Origin: Gammaproteobacteria bacterium | GTDB lineage: Bacteria > Pseudomonadota > Gammaproteobacteria > Tethybacterales > Persebacteraceae | Assembly: GCA_965221835.1 (NCBI GenBank) | Contig: OZ244916.1 | Coordinates: forward strand, 654,477-718,476 | Reading direction: 5' to 3' | DNA: 64,000 nt | Translations under genes and position numbers: made by a program | Shown: in pieces, positions 20,399-29,004 of the stretch | Position numbering within the stretch: position 1 is the first letter of the stretch | How the letters are laid out: every line of letters starts with the position of its first letter | The notes under the pieces: model-generated | Told to the model about the DNA's origin: nothing | The model's database searches: none | What the model saw: the letters and a program-made list of their open reading frames with translations, nothing else

Positions 20399-21046
20399 AT
20401 GAAACTCAAAACTATTCTTTTCCCGCTTTTCGCCGCCGCACTGATGACGGTTGCGCCGTCTACATTCGCGCAAACCAAAGAAAAGAAAGCAATTGCTGCC
20501 CCGTTCGGTCTCAAATGGGGACAGTCCAAAGACGAAATTCGCGCGTTGGGCGTGAAGTTTGGTATCGTTAATATTTTCGGTTTCACATCTACTGATAAAT
20601 GTACCGATGAAGGCGCGTACGAATATTGTATTACAAATTCGCTTCCCAAAAATATAGAGAATGTATATTTCTATCGCCTTACGATTAATCCGAAATACGG
20701 GCTGATAGAAGTGTATTATGAATCCGAGAGTTTCGTTAACGATTCGTATGGGACGCACGGAAAAGAAGCATATCAGCGGATAAAAGATTTCATATCCGCG
20801 AAGTACGGTGCGCCGATATCAGAAGAATATGAGGGAGGAACAGAACTTTCCTCTAATAAATATTTTTATGAATGCTTGGAAAATGAAAAATGCGGACAAT
20901 GGCGTTCTGATTGGGAGGGAACTAATGACGGATTCATTCAACTTCGGCTATATCCCGAAAGCGATGACGGAGGTTCATTATCATTATTTTATGTTTCGCC
21001 CGATTATTCCAAAGCGGAAAATGAACACGCGGCGGACGCTTTTTAA
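20399..21046 (+). CDS. Hypothetical secreted protein. The gene is noticeably AT-rich.
   Basis: A signal peptide, MKLKTILFPLFAAALMTVAPSTFAQ, is present. An RBS (ggag) and an AT-rich promoter region lie upstream. There is no recognisable domain. GC content is lower than in flanking genes. Confidence 0.6.
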   Translation: MKLKTILFPLFAAALMTVAPSTFAQTKEKKAIAAPFGLKWGQSKDEIRALGVKFGIVNIFGFTSTDKCTDEGAYEYCITNSLPKNIENVYFYRLTINPKYGLIEVYYESESFVNDSYGTHGKEAYQRIKDFISAKYGAPISEEYEGGTELSSNKYFYECLENEKCGQWRSDWEGTNDGFIQLRLYPESDDGGSLSLFYVSPDYSKAENEHAADAF

Positions 21047-21077
21047 TTTCACTCTCCGCCATTCCGCATCCACATTT

Positions 21078-21884
21078 TCACTTTTGACAACGCGGGCAAT
21101 AATAAGTAGCGCGGGAGTTTTGGGTGATTTTTTTGACGATTCCGCCGCAGGTGCATTTTGTGTTTTCGCGTCCGTATACTTTCCACTGCATTTGAAAATA
21201 ACCCGGTGCGCCGTCCGTTTTTGCAAAATCGCGCATTGTGGAACCGCCCGCACGAATCGCCCGCCGCAATATATTTTTTATTGCCGCCGCCAGTTTTTTG
21301 GTGCGGACAGAAGACAATTCGCCCGCCGCAGTTTGCGGATTCACGCCCGCCAAATATAAAGATTCGGACGCGTAAATGTTGCCGATTCCGGCGACAACTT
21401 TGCCGTCCATCAGCGCGGTTTTAATCGACATTTTTCGCCCGCGCAACTTTTCGCGCAATACCGAACCGGAAAAAGCCGCCGACAACGGTTCCGGTCCCAA
21501 CTTTTGCAGCAAGGGATGCGAATCGGGCGAATCGCATAAAACAATGCATCCGAATCGCCGCGGATCTTTGTATATTAAAAATTCTTTTTCAATCTTAAAT
21601 CCGACATGTTCGTGTCGCGCTTTTTCCGGCGGCGAATCGGAAAAATAAAAAACGCCGCTCATTCCCAAATGCGCGATTAATGCAATTTCGTTAAATTCAA
21701 AAACTAAATATTTTCCGCGCCGCCGTAAATTTAATATGCGCCGTCCACAAATCCGGCGGCGAAAACTCGCATCCAACGGCAAACGCAAACGCCGTTCGCG
21801 AATGACAATATCGGAAATGATTCGCCCGACAATGCGCGGCGATAAACCGCGGCGGACGGTTTCCACTTCGGGCAATTCGGGCAT
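21078..21884 (-). CDS. mutM: Formamidopyrimidine-DNA glycosylase.
   Basis: The translation runs from MPELPEVETVRRGL to a C-terminal zinc finger, CPRCQ. It is 268 aa. The listed ORF over-extends upstream. Confidence 0.9.
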   Translation of the reverse strand: MPELPEVETVRRGLSPRIVGRIISDIVIRERRLRLPLDASFRRRICGRRILNLRRRGKYLVFEFNEIALIAHLGMSGVFYFSDSPPEKARHEHVGFKIEKEFLIYKDPRRFGCIVLCDSPDSHPLLQKLGPEPLSAAFSGSVLREKLRGRKMSIKTALMDGKVVAGIGNIYASESLYLAGVNPQTAAGELSSVRTKKLAAAIKNILRRAIRAGGSTMRDFAKTDGAPGYFQMQWKVYGRENTKCTCGGIVKKITQNSRATYYCPRCQK

Positions 21885-21898
21885 GCGATGCGCGTATT

Positions 21899-22762
21899 TT
21901 AACGCGGACGAACGGCGAAAGTCATGCGCGGCAAACGCGCCATATCGCGGCGACAACAAATGCCGCAAAAACCGGCGGCGGCAAAAATCTTCCGCACTTC
22001 GTCTTCCTGATTCGCGCCGTGTTCCACAAACAACAATCCGCCGGGACGAAGTTTTTGCGGCGCACCAGCGATGATTTCTTTTAACGCGCGCAATCCGTCC
22101 GCACCGCCGCACAACGCGAGATGCGGTTCGTAATGCAAACTTGCCAACGCGGAATCGTCCGCCGCAATATACGGCGGATTTGCGACAATCAAATCAAACT
22201 CGTCGCCGATTCCGTTGAACCAATCGCTGCGACAAAACCGCGCCGGGGATTGCAACATTTCGGCATTGCGCCGCGCCAACGAAAGCGCATCTTCGCTGCA
22301 ATCCGCCAACAAAACGCTGCTTTGCGGACGCAATCGCGCGATGGACAAACCGATAACGCCGCATCCCGCACCGAGATCCAACGCCCGCGCGGCGCGTCCC
22401 GGCAAAATATGCGCAAGCGCGATTTCGGTCAACTCTTCGGTTTCGGGACGCGGCACTAACGCGGCGGATGTGGTGATGAAATCCATCCCCATAAATTCGC
22501 GTTTGCCGACAATATAGGCGGCGGGTTCGCCGTCCAAACGCCGCGCAATGTCGCGCAAAAACGCGCGGCACACTTCGCCGTCCACAATGTCGTTTTCGCG
22601 CGCGACAAGCGCGGCGTCGCCGATTTGCAACCGGTGTTTTAGCAATGCGCGCGCATCCACATCGGCGGCGGCAACTCCGCCCGCCGACAAACGCCGCGCC
22701 CCGTCCCGCAAAAGCATTCCCGCCGTGCAATCCGCCCCGCCCGTTTTATTTTGTCCGGTCAT
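21899..22762 (-). CDS. prmC: Release factor glutamine N5-methyltransferase (HemK).
   Basis: The translation contains DLGAGCGVIGL and FDLIVANPPYI motifs. Confidence 0.85.
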   Translation of the reverse strand: MTGQNKTGGADCTAGMLLRDGARRLSAGGVAAADVDARALLKHRLQIGDAALVARENDIVDGEVCRAFLRDIARRLDGEPAAYIVGKREFMGMDFITTSAALVPRPETEELTEIALAHILPGRAARALDLGAGCGVIGLSIARLRPQSSVLLADCSEDALSLARRNAEMLQSPARFCRSDWFNGIGDEFDLIVANPPYIAADDSALASLHYEPHLALCGGADGLRALKEIIAGAPQKLRPGGLLFVEHGANQEDEVRKIFAAAGFCGICCRRDMARLPRMTFAVRPR

Positions 22763-22897
22763 TGTTTCATATTATAAGAAACAATCGGCAAAAATTTGGA
22801 ATTTCCGCCGATTTTTTCGGGTATAATATCATTTTCTACGGGCGGAAAATGGTTTCCGTCCGGGATTCCATCAACTCTCAAAAAGGAGAATAAAATA

Positions 22898-23218
22898 ATG
22901 AAAAAGAAAACTATGGCATTTATGCCGATTATCGCCGCCTTTGCTTTGGCGGGTTGTGCAACGCCGCATGTCGTTGAGGAAACGAAAACTTCGGACAAGG
23001 ATTTGTCTTGCACATCTCTGCAGTCCGAAATTGACGAAGCCAAGCGATTTGAACAACAGGCGCGGGAAGAAAAAGGGTTTACCGGCACGAATGTCGCGGC
23101 GGGACTTCTCTTTTGGCCGGCAATTATCGGCACCTATGCCAACGCCAACGAGGCGATAGAAGCGGCGCAGGAACGGCAAGAACATCTGTTGAAAATCTTC
23201 AACGAAAAGGATTGCTAA
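22898..23218 (+). CDS. Small lipoprotein, paralogue 1.
   Basis: A lipobox (FALAGCATPHVVEETKTSDKDLSCTSLQSEI) is present. A strong RBS (aaaggag) lies upstream. The product is 106 aa. Confidence 0.65.
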   Translation: MKKKTMAFMPIIAAFALAGCATPHVVEETKTSDKDLSCTSLQSEIDEAKRFEQQAREEKGFTGTNVAAGLLFWPAIIGTYANANEAIEAAQERQEHLLKIFNEKDC

Positions 23219-23652
23219 TGTATATCCGCAAAACCTTGATTCGTTTTGCGGGCGTTTCGGCGGCGGCGGCGGTTTTCATCGCCCTCGCCGGTTGCGCGAC
23301 TCCGCATGTCGTAGACGAGATAAAAATATCCGACCGCGATTTAAATTGTGACGCGCTTGATTCCGAAATTCGGAAATCCCGGGAACATTGGAGAACCGCG
23401 GAAAATGAACGGGAATCAACAACCGCGTCTGTTGTTTTTAACGGCATACTTTTTCCGCCGATGTTTTTGTTTTTGCCCGCCTCTATCGCTCTGGATAGCG
23501 CGAGCAATTCCAACATTGAAGAGGCGAAAAACGCCGCAAACAAACGGGAAGCGCATCTTCGGGATTTGTATAATAAGAAAAAATGCAATGAAAAAAAGGC
23601 GCGCGATGCCGAACGCACTTGGCCGACAAAAAATTCGAAAGAAGGGGAATAA
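23218..23652 (+). CDS. Small lipoprotein, paralogue 2.
   Basis: The ATG overlaps the upstream stop (TAATG). A lipobox (IALAGCATPHVVDEIKISDRDLNCDALDSEI) is present. The N-terminus is homologous to the upstream gene. Confidence 0.65.
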   Translation: MYIRKTLIRFAGVSAAAAVFIALAGCATPHVVDEIKISDRDLNCDALDSEIRKSREHWRTAENERESTTASVVFNGILFPPMFLFLPASIALDSASNSNIEEAKNAANKREAHLRDLYNKKKCNEKKARDAERTWPTKNSKEGE

Positions 23653-23667
23653 TTTGCCTTTTCGGAG

Positions 23668-23714
23668 GCAACAAAAACCGGCGGGGATTCCGTTTCCCCG
23701 CCGTTTTTTGTTGC
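23668..23714. terminator. Bidirectional intrinsic terminator. It is identical to the hairpin at 11544-11582.
   Basis: The sequence GCAACAAAAACCGGCGGGGATTCCGTTTCCCCGCCGTTTTTTGTTGC forms an extended palindrome with A/T tracts on both sides. Confidence 0.7.
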
Positions 23715-24077
23715 ATTCGTCTCCCGATTCCATTTCCGCCCAATTTATCATTCCCGCGAACGCGGGAATCTATTATGAGAGACAAATTCGCGCTTTCACC
23801 TCGTTTTTTGCGAAAAAATGCGGAAATTTCAAATTTAATTTTCGCATAAAATTCGCGGGAATTTCAAACTTAATCTCCCTTCCCGCTTTCGCAAGAATGA
23901 CGAATTTTTTTCGTTCGCAAACGCGCGAATCTCTGCGCAAACAGTGGAAATTTTTGTTTCGCGGAATTTTCTTGGTCTTTGCAAATAAAAAAATAACGAA
24001 AACGTTTTTCGGTTTTTTGGGAAATTAAAAAAATTTCCGTTTTTGTCAAAAAACACGAAAATGCCGAAAAAAAATCG
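23715..24077. repeat. NIME-like repeat block made of dRS3 (ATTCCCGCGAACGCGGGAAT) and RS-like units.
   Basis: ATTCCC-N8-GGGAAT elements are present. RS-like units (gaaatttcaaatttaattttcgc...) are shared with the array at 56658-57776. Confidence 0.7.
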
Positions 24078-25166
24078 TCATTCCCCGCCGTCCGCATCGG
24101 CGAGGGCGTTTAGTACTTCGTCCAAATCGCCTTCTATTACGGCGGGGAGTTTGTACAGAGTTAAGCCGATTCGGTGGTCGGTGATTCTGCCTTGCGGAAA
24201 GTTATAAGTGCGAATTCGTTCGGAACGGTCGCCGCCGCCGACAAGTGCGCGGCGTTCGCCCGCTTCTTTTTCGCGGCGTTCGCGGCGTTTTTGTTCTGCG
24301 ACTCGCGCATGCAAAACCGCTAACGCGCGTTCGCGATTTTTGTGTTGCGAACGGTCGTCCTGACATTCAACAACCGCACCGGTCGGCAAATGCGTAATTC
24401 GCACGGCGGAATCGGTCGTGTTGACATGCTGTCCGCCCGCACCGGACGAACGAAAAGTTTCAATGCGCAAATCGGCGGGCGAAATATGCACATTGTCTTC
24501 GGGTGCGGATTCGGGCATTACCGCAACGGTCGCAACCGAAGTATGAATGCGTCCTTGCGATTCGGTATCGGGAACGCGTTGTACGCGATGCGCACCCGAT
24601 TCGTATTTGAGTTTTCCGTAGACGCCGCCGCCGCCGATGCGGGCGATGATTTCTTTGTAGCCGCCAATTTCACCTGCGGCGGATGAAACAATTTCGGCGC
24701 GCCATTTTTGCGATTCGGCGTATCGCGAATACATGCGAAATAAATCGCCCGCAAAAAGACACGATTCCACGCCGCCGACCGCCGCGCGAATTTCCAAAAA
24801 ACAACTGCGCGAATCGTTTTCCGATTCCGGCGCAAAAAGACGGCGCAAAGTTTTCGTTAAAGTTTCGCATTGCGCGACAAGGGCGTCGCATTCTTCGCCG
24901 GCGATTGCGCCGAGTTCGGGATCGTTTTGCATTTCGCGCAACTCGCAAATTTTGGTTTGCGCGGCGCGCCATTGCCGATATTTGTCCGTTGCGGGCAGCA
25001 GTTTTCCATATTCTTCCGATAACGCCTGCCATTCTTCGCGCCCGGGTTGCGCCGCCATTTTATTTTCCAAAATCGTCCGCCGCGCATTTAACGCATCAAG
25101 TTTTTCTTGCACTTTCGGCGGCAATATACGATTTCGCACATTTTGCAAAGAATCAGAATCTGTCAT
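24078..25166 (-). CDS. prfA: Peptide chain release factor 1.
   Basis: The translation contains GGQHVNTT and the RF1-type RTYNFPQGRITDHRI motif. It is 362 aa. Confidence 0.9.
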   Translation of the reverse strand: MTDSDSLQNVRNRILPPKVQEKLDALNARRTILENKMAAQPGREEWQALSEEYGKLLPATDKYRQWRAAQTKICELREMQNDPELGAIAGEECDALVAQCETLTKTLRRLFAPESENDSRSCFLEIRAAVGGVESCLFAGDLFRMYSRYAESQKWRAEIVSSAAGEIGGYKEIIARIGGGGVYGKLKYESGAHRVQRVPDTESQGRIHTSVATVAVMPESAPEDNVHISPADLRIETFRSSGAGGQHVNTTDSAVRITHLPTGAVVECQDDRSQHKNRERALAVLHARVAEQKRRERREKEAGERRALVGGGDRSERIRTYNFPQGRITDHRIGLTLYKLPAVIEGDLDEVLNALADADGGE

Positions 25167-25273
25167 TAAGCAATTGTATCAAAAATCCCACATCCGAAGT
25201 TGGTGTTTGATTCCCGCTTTCGCGGAAATGACGAGTACTTATTATTTCGCCCCCGCCGCCCGTCATTCCCGCA

Positions 25274-26599
25274 TTAGATATATCCGAGTTCGTGCAGCCG
25301 TTTGCGGGCGTTTTCCATTGTGCGCGTTGATTTAATGGTGTTGCACGAACCGCAAAGAAGTTGCAAATTTCCGTCCACATCCGGACCGCCTTTTGCGCGG
25401 GGAATAATATGATCTAAATGAAAATAACGCGGTTCAAAATGGTGTTTGCAAAGATTGCAATTACCCCCCTGTCGTCCGTACAAAATTTGGCGAATATCCC
25501 GGCTGCGGATTTGTTTATAATCGGTGCGCATCGGGCAGTCGTTTTTAATGTTGCGGTGATGCACTTTCCGCTCGCCTTCGCCGAGTTTGCCTTTTTCGGT
25601 TTCCGATTTCAGCCGGGCTTTTACCAAACTTGCCGCCTTTTCGGCAACATCAATTCCAATCCATTTTCGGTCCAATCTTTCGGCGGCGATGCAAGTTGTC
25701 GCGCAACCGCAAAACGGATCAATAACCAAATCGCCTTCGTTGGAGGATGCAAGAACGATTCTTTCCAAAAGCGCGAGTGGTTTTTGCGTCGGGTATCCGG
25801 TGCGTTCGGGGGAATTCGGACCGAATGTAATTTCCCACCAATCTTCCGGAACTTTTCCCGCCGAATGCCGTGCCGCCAATTTTTCGGGCGGATCCCCCTT
25901 CCATATTCCGGATCCTCCGCGATTTCTTTCGGGGATATTTTTCCGTTCGGGCATGCGGGAAAGTTTGTAAGGCACGCGAACGGAATCGGCGTTAAAAACA
26001 TAATTCTCCGTTTTGCTATACCGGAAAATTAAGTCATGTTTTCGCGGAAAATCTTTTTTTGCGCTGCTTGTTGACGCATAACACCAGACAATTTCGTTGC
26101 GAAAATTGTTGTCGCCAAAAACAATATCCATAAGAAGTTTCAGCGAATGCGACATCGTCGGGTCGCAATGCAAATAAATGCTGCCGGTCGGTTTCAGCAG
26201 TCGCCGCATTTCCATCAATCGCGCCGCCATAAACGATAAATACGCCATTTCCGCATTGCCAACGATTTCGCCCATCGTTTCCAAAAAGCGCACGATTTTT
26301 TTCGCCGTTGCGCCGTCTATCAGCGGATTCCCGTCCGCCGCCGCCGCAATCAATTCGTCAAACGCATACAACTCCGCGTACGGCAAATACGGATTTTTTT
26401 CGTCCGCCGCGCTGTCCCAACCCCAAATATCCTTAAATCCAAACTCGGCGGAACCGCCTTTTCCAATCGGAAAAACAAACTTTTTATTGAACGGCGGATC
26501 TAGATAAATTAAATCCACCGTTTCGGAATTCATCGCGCGCATCACCTCCAAATTGTCGCCAGTAAACAAAGTCCGATTTTCTATCTGTTTTTTACTCAT
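25274..26599 (-). CDS. DNA methyltransferase (beta-class N6-adenine/N4-cytosine family, DPPF motif) fused to a C-terminal HNH nuclease domain. This is copy 1.
   Basis: The translation contains DLIYLDPPFN (motif IV), then ERTGYPTQKP and VIDPFCGCATT (motif I), then C-terminal CNLCKHHFEPRYFHLDHIIPRAKGGPDVDGNLQLLCGSCN (HNH). The start is placed at MSKKQIENR, which has an RBS (aaaagga). Confidence 0.8.
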   Translation of the reverse strand: MSKKQIENRTLFTGDNLEVMRAMNSETVDLIYLDPPFNKKFVFPIGKGGSAEFGFKDIWGWDSAADEKNPYLPYAELYAFDELIAAAADGNPLIDGATAKKIVRFLETMGEIVGNAEMAYLSFMAARLMEMRRLLKPTGSIYLHCDPTMSHSLKLLMDIVFGDNNFRNEIVWCYASTSSAKKDFPRKHDLIFRYSKTENYVFNADSVRVPYKLSRMPERKNIPERNRGGSGIWKGDPPEKLAARHSAGKVPEDWWEITFGPNSPERTGYPTQKPLALLERIVLASSNEGDLVIDPFCGCATTCIAAERLDRKWIGIDVAEKAASLVKARLKSETEKGKLGEGERKVHHRNIKNDCPMRTDYKQIRSRDIRQILYGRQGGNCNLCKHHFEPRYFHLDHIIPRAKGGPDVDGNLQLLCGSCNTIKSTRTMENARKRLHELGYI

Positions 26600-26757
26600 A
26601 ACATTCCTTTTCAATTCCGATATCCGCAAAAACTAATTATACCCGAATCCCGCCGCCGTTAAATGGTAATCGTGCGGGGTGATTTTCATTGTTCATCATT
26701 TCCGTGGCGGGCGGAGTCGGGGGCTTAATGGTGGGAAGATTTGTTTTGGTCATTTTT

Positions 26758-27774
26758 TTATTCGCCGTGCAAAATTCGTGTTTCGCGTTTTTCCCACCAT
26801 AAGCAAAACTCGTGTACATGGCGGGTGATGATTTCGTCTGCTGCTGTTGTTGCCGCCCGTCTTGCTGTTTGCGATTGTTCGGCTTGTTTTCCTAACTGTT
26901 CTAGCGTGTAGACAAACGCGCCGGATAGTTTGGCGATTTCGGGTTCTAAATCGTGCGGGACGCCCAAATCGGCGAATACGATTGGCGTGCGGCGGATCAT
27001 TAATGCGTGTTCGGCGGCGCCTTTTCCGATAATCGGCAGCGGGCTGGCGGTTGCGGAAATGACGATGTCAAACTGCGGCAGCATTTCTGGTACGCGCGAC
27101 AATGCAATCATTTCGCCGCCCGCTTGTGCGGCGAGTTCTTCCGCGCGTTCGGGCGTTCGTCCGGCGACGGCGATTCGGCGAACGCCCCTTCCGGCAAAAA
27201 TCGGAATGCCGGAACGGGTCATATCTCCGGTGCCGATAAATAAAACCGAAAGGCGCGAAAAATCGGGGAAAATGCCCGCCGCAGCGCGCGCGACCAATCC
27301 GCTGTATGAAACCGAACGCCGTCCGATGTCGGTGCGGGTGCGCACTTCTTTGGCGGCGGCGAGGGATTTTTCTAACAGGCGATTGACGAAAACGCCGGAA
27401 GTTCCGGCATCGCGCGCGATTTGGGCGGCGCGTTTGACTTGTCCGGTTATTTCGGTTTCGCCCAAAATTTGCGATTCTATTCCGCTGGCGATGCAGAATG
27501 CGCGGCGGACTGCATCTTTTGCGCGAACGCAAAATAACGCATTTTCGCTGCCGTTTGCTAACCATCGCGCGACTTCGTCGGGGCGGTCGGTGAGGCAATA
27601 AATTTCGGTGCGGTTGCAAGTAGAAAGCACCGCCGCCTCGCTGGCAATTCCGGAAACGAGTTGACGCAATTTTTGGGCGGCGGAATCGGCGGAAATTCCG
27701 ATAACTTCGCGCAACGCCCGCGGCGACATCCGAAAATCCGCGCCGATAGAAAACAAGTTTGATATTTCGCCCAT
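26758..27774 (-). CDS. hemA: Glutamyl-tRNA reductase, apparently 3'-truncated. The product is 338 aa against about 415 expected.
   Basis: The translation contains LSTCNRTEIYC and NAD-binding motifs. The N-terminus aligns from MGEISNLFSIGADFRMSPRALREV. The protein ends at WWEKRETRILHGE, which is where the roughly 80-aa C-terminal dimerisation region normally continues. Confidence 0.75.
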   Translation of the reverse strand: MGEISNLFSIGADFRMSPRALREVIGISADSAAQKLRQLVSGIASEAAVLSTCNRTEIYCLTDRPDEVARWLANGSENALFCVRAKDAVRRAFCIASGIESQILGETEITGQVKRAAQIARDAGTSGVFVNRLLEKSLAAAKEVRTRTDIGRRSVSYSGLVARAAAGIFPDFSRLSVLFIGTGDMTRSGIPIFAGRGVRRIAVAGRTPERAEELAAQAGGEMIALSRVPEMLPQFDIVISATASPLPIIGKGAAEHALMIRRTPIVFADLGVPHDLEPEIAKLSGAFVYTLEQLGKQAEQSQTARRAATTAADEIITRHVHEFCLWWEKRETRILHGE

Positions 27775-27839
27775 CGCGTTAATTATACAAAAATATGCGG
27801 CACTTGCGGAAGAAGCAAAACGGCGGCACTTCCTCGCCC

Positions 27840-27950
27840 ATGACATTTTTCGGGTGAGAACAGCCGCAAAAGTTTACTGCTACAAAACCCGGCATTTTCC
27901 GCAACTGATAAAACGGGCGGCGTAAACTCCGCCTTTTGCGGGAATGAAAA
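27840..27950. repeat. Partial, diverged copy of the MITE-like element found at 41968-42118.
   Basis: The sequence is about 80% identical to the internal part and right end of the 41968-42118 element, in inverted orientation. The short translated ORFs share AENxGFCSSKLLRL. Confidence 0.55.
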
Positions 27951-27956
27951 ACAAGG

Positions 27957-28046
27957 CGGAGAGAGGGGGATTCGAACCCCCGAAGGGAGGGAAACTCCCT
28001 TAACGGATTTCAAGTCCGCCGCATTCAACCGCTCTGCCATCTCTCC
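27957..28046 (-). tRNA. tRNA-Ser (anticodon TGA).
   Basis: On the minus strand the sequence reads GGAGAGATGGCAGAGCGGTTGAATGCGGCGGACTTGAAATCCG..., with a long variable arm and a GGGGGTTCGAATCCCCC T-arm. The acceptor pairing is GGAGAGA/TCTCTCC. Confidence 0.85.
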
Positions 28047-28076
28047 GCGCGAATTTGTGTTAAAATACGCCTTTCC

Positions 28077-28152
28077 GCCGCCATAGCTCAGCCCGGTAGA
28101 GCAGCTGATTTGTAATCAGTTGGTCGGGAGTTCAAATCTCTCTGGCGGCACC
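28077..28152 (+). tRNA. tRNA-Thr (anticodon TGT).
   Basis: The sequence GCCGCCATAGCTCAGCCCGGTAGAGCAGCTGATTTGTAATCAG...GGGAGTTCAAATCTCTCTGGCGGCACC folds as a cloverleaf. U33 and A37 flank the TGT anticodon. Confidence 0.85.
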
Positions 28153-28157
28153 GGAAT

Positions 28158-28922
28158 TTACGATGCCGGACAACGCGCTGCGCTTAAAATTCGCCCGGTA
28201 TCCCCTTGTTGCAACCATACTGCGCAATCTTGCAAATCGGCGTCAAATGCGGGAATGTCTATATCTCGCACGCCGAAAGGCGCACTTTCCAAACGCGTAA
28301 CGACATTTGTGTTGTGCAATAACTTTCCTTTATTTTCGCCGGCGACGACATCCGTTTGTCGCATTCGCCAAAAAATCGCGTAATAAACTTTTGCAGCGGG
28401 CGGCAATGCGCCTTCCGCCCGAACTTTGTTGCGCCCCGAAAAACGAAAGCGAACAGACGGCGTTTCTGCTAATGTTTCGTCTATCGCGCCGGTAATTCTG
28501 CCGCTTTGGGTGCCGGACGCTTGTTTTTGCCCTTGAATAATCGCTTGCGGCGTATAAACGGAACGGGTATTGCGAATGCGAATGTTATAACCGCTTTGCC
28601 GTCTCGTATATGCCGCATCGGAAAACGGATCTTTCCAGACCGACCCGCCGTATAACAAATCGTCCCAATAATCCACATGCAATTCCAGCGGCAACGCGCC
28701 GGGATATGTCGCAATTTCTTCCGCCAGAACGCGTTCGGCGGGCGGGCAGGAATAACATCCTTGCGAAGTAAACAACTCCACAATTGCCGCCGGGGGCGCG
28801 AAATCTTCCGCAAATGCGGGAATTGTTGCGCACAATGCCGCCGCGATTGCCGTTTTGCGCATTGTTTTGCACATCGTTTTGCGCATTATTGCCGATATTT
28901 TTTTTGGTGTCGTTTCAGGCAT
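28158..28922 (-). CDS. DUF1223 family secreted protein with a thioredoxin-like CxxC motif.
   Basis: The translation contains ELFTSQGCYSCPPAE. A signal peptide and a strong RBS (ggagg) are present. Confidence 0.7.
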   Translation of the reverse strand: MPETTPKKISAIMRKTMCKTMRKTAIAAALCATIPAFAEDFAPPAAIVELFTSQGCYSCPPAERVLAEEIATYPGALPLELHVDYWDDLLYGGSVWKDPFSDAAYTRRQSGYNIRIRNTRSVYTPQAIIQGQKQASGTQSGRITGAIDETLAETPSVRFRFSGRNKVRAEGALPPAAKVYYAIFWRMRQTDVVAGENKGKLLHNTNVVTRLESAPFGVRDIDIPAFDADLQDCAVWLQQGDTGRILSAARCPAS

Positions 28923-29004
28923 GAATTTCCTCCGAAAGTATTATAATAGCCGAATGGTAAGTTATTATACGCGTAAACGATACAAATCGGAAAGGATATA
29001 AATC

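Noticed and set aside
23113-23217. A 35-aa N-terminal extension of the second lipoprotein ORF (MAGNYRHLCQRQRGDRSG...).
   Set aside because: It overlaps the 3' end of the first lipoprotein gene in another frame. The paralogous alignment and the TAATG coupling support the start at 23218.
26630-26757. Possibility that the rest of hemA is encoded in another frame downstream of the 26758 stop.
   Set aside because: Only 160 nt separate the hemA stop from the MTase-HNH start. The only ORF there (26637-26819) bears no resemblance to the HemA C-terminus.
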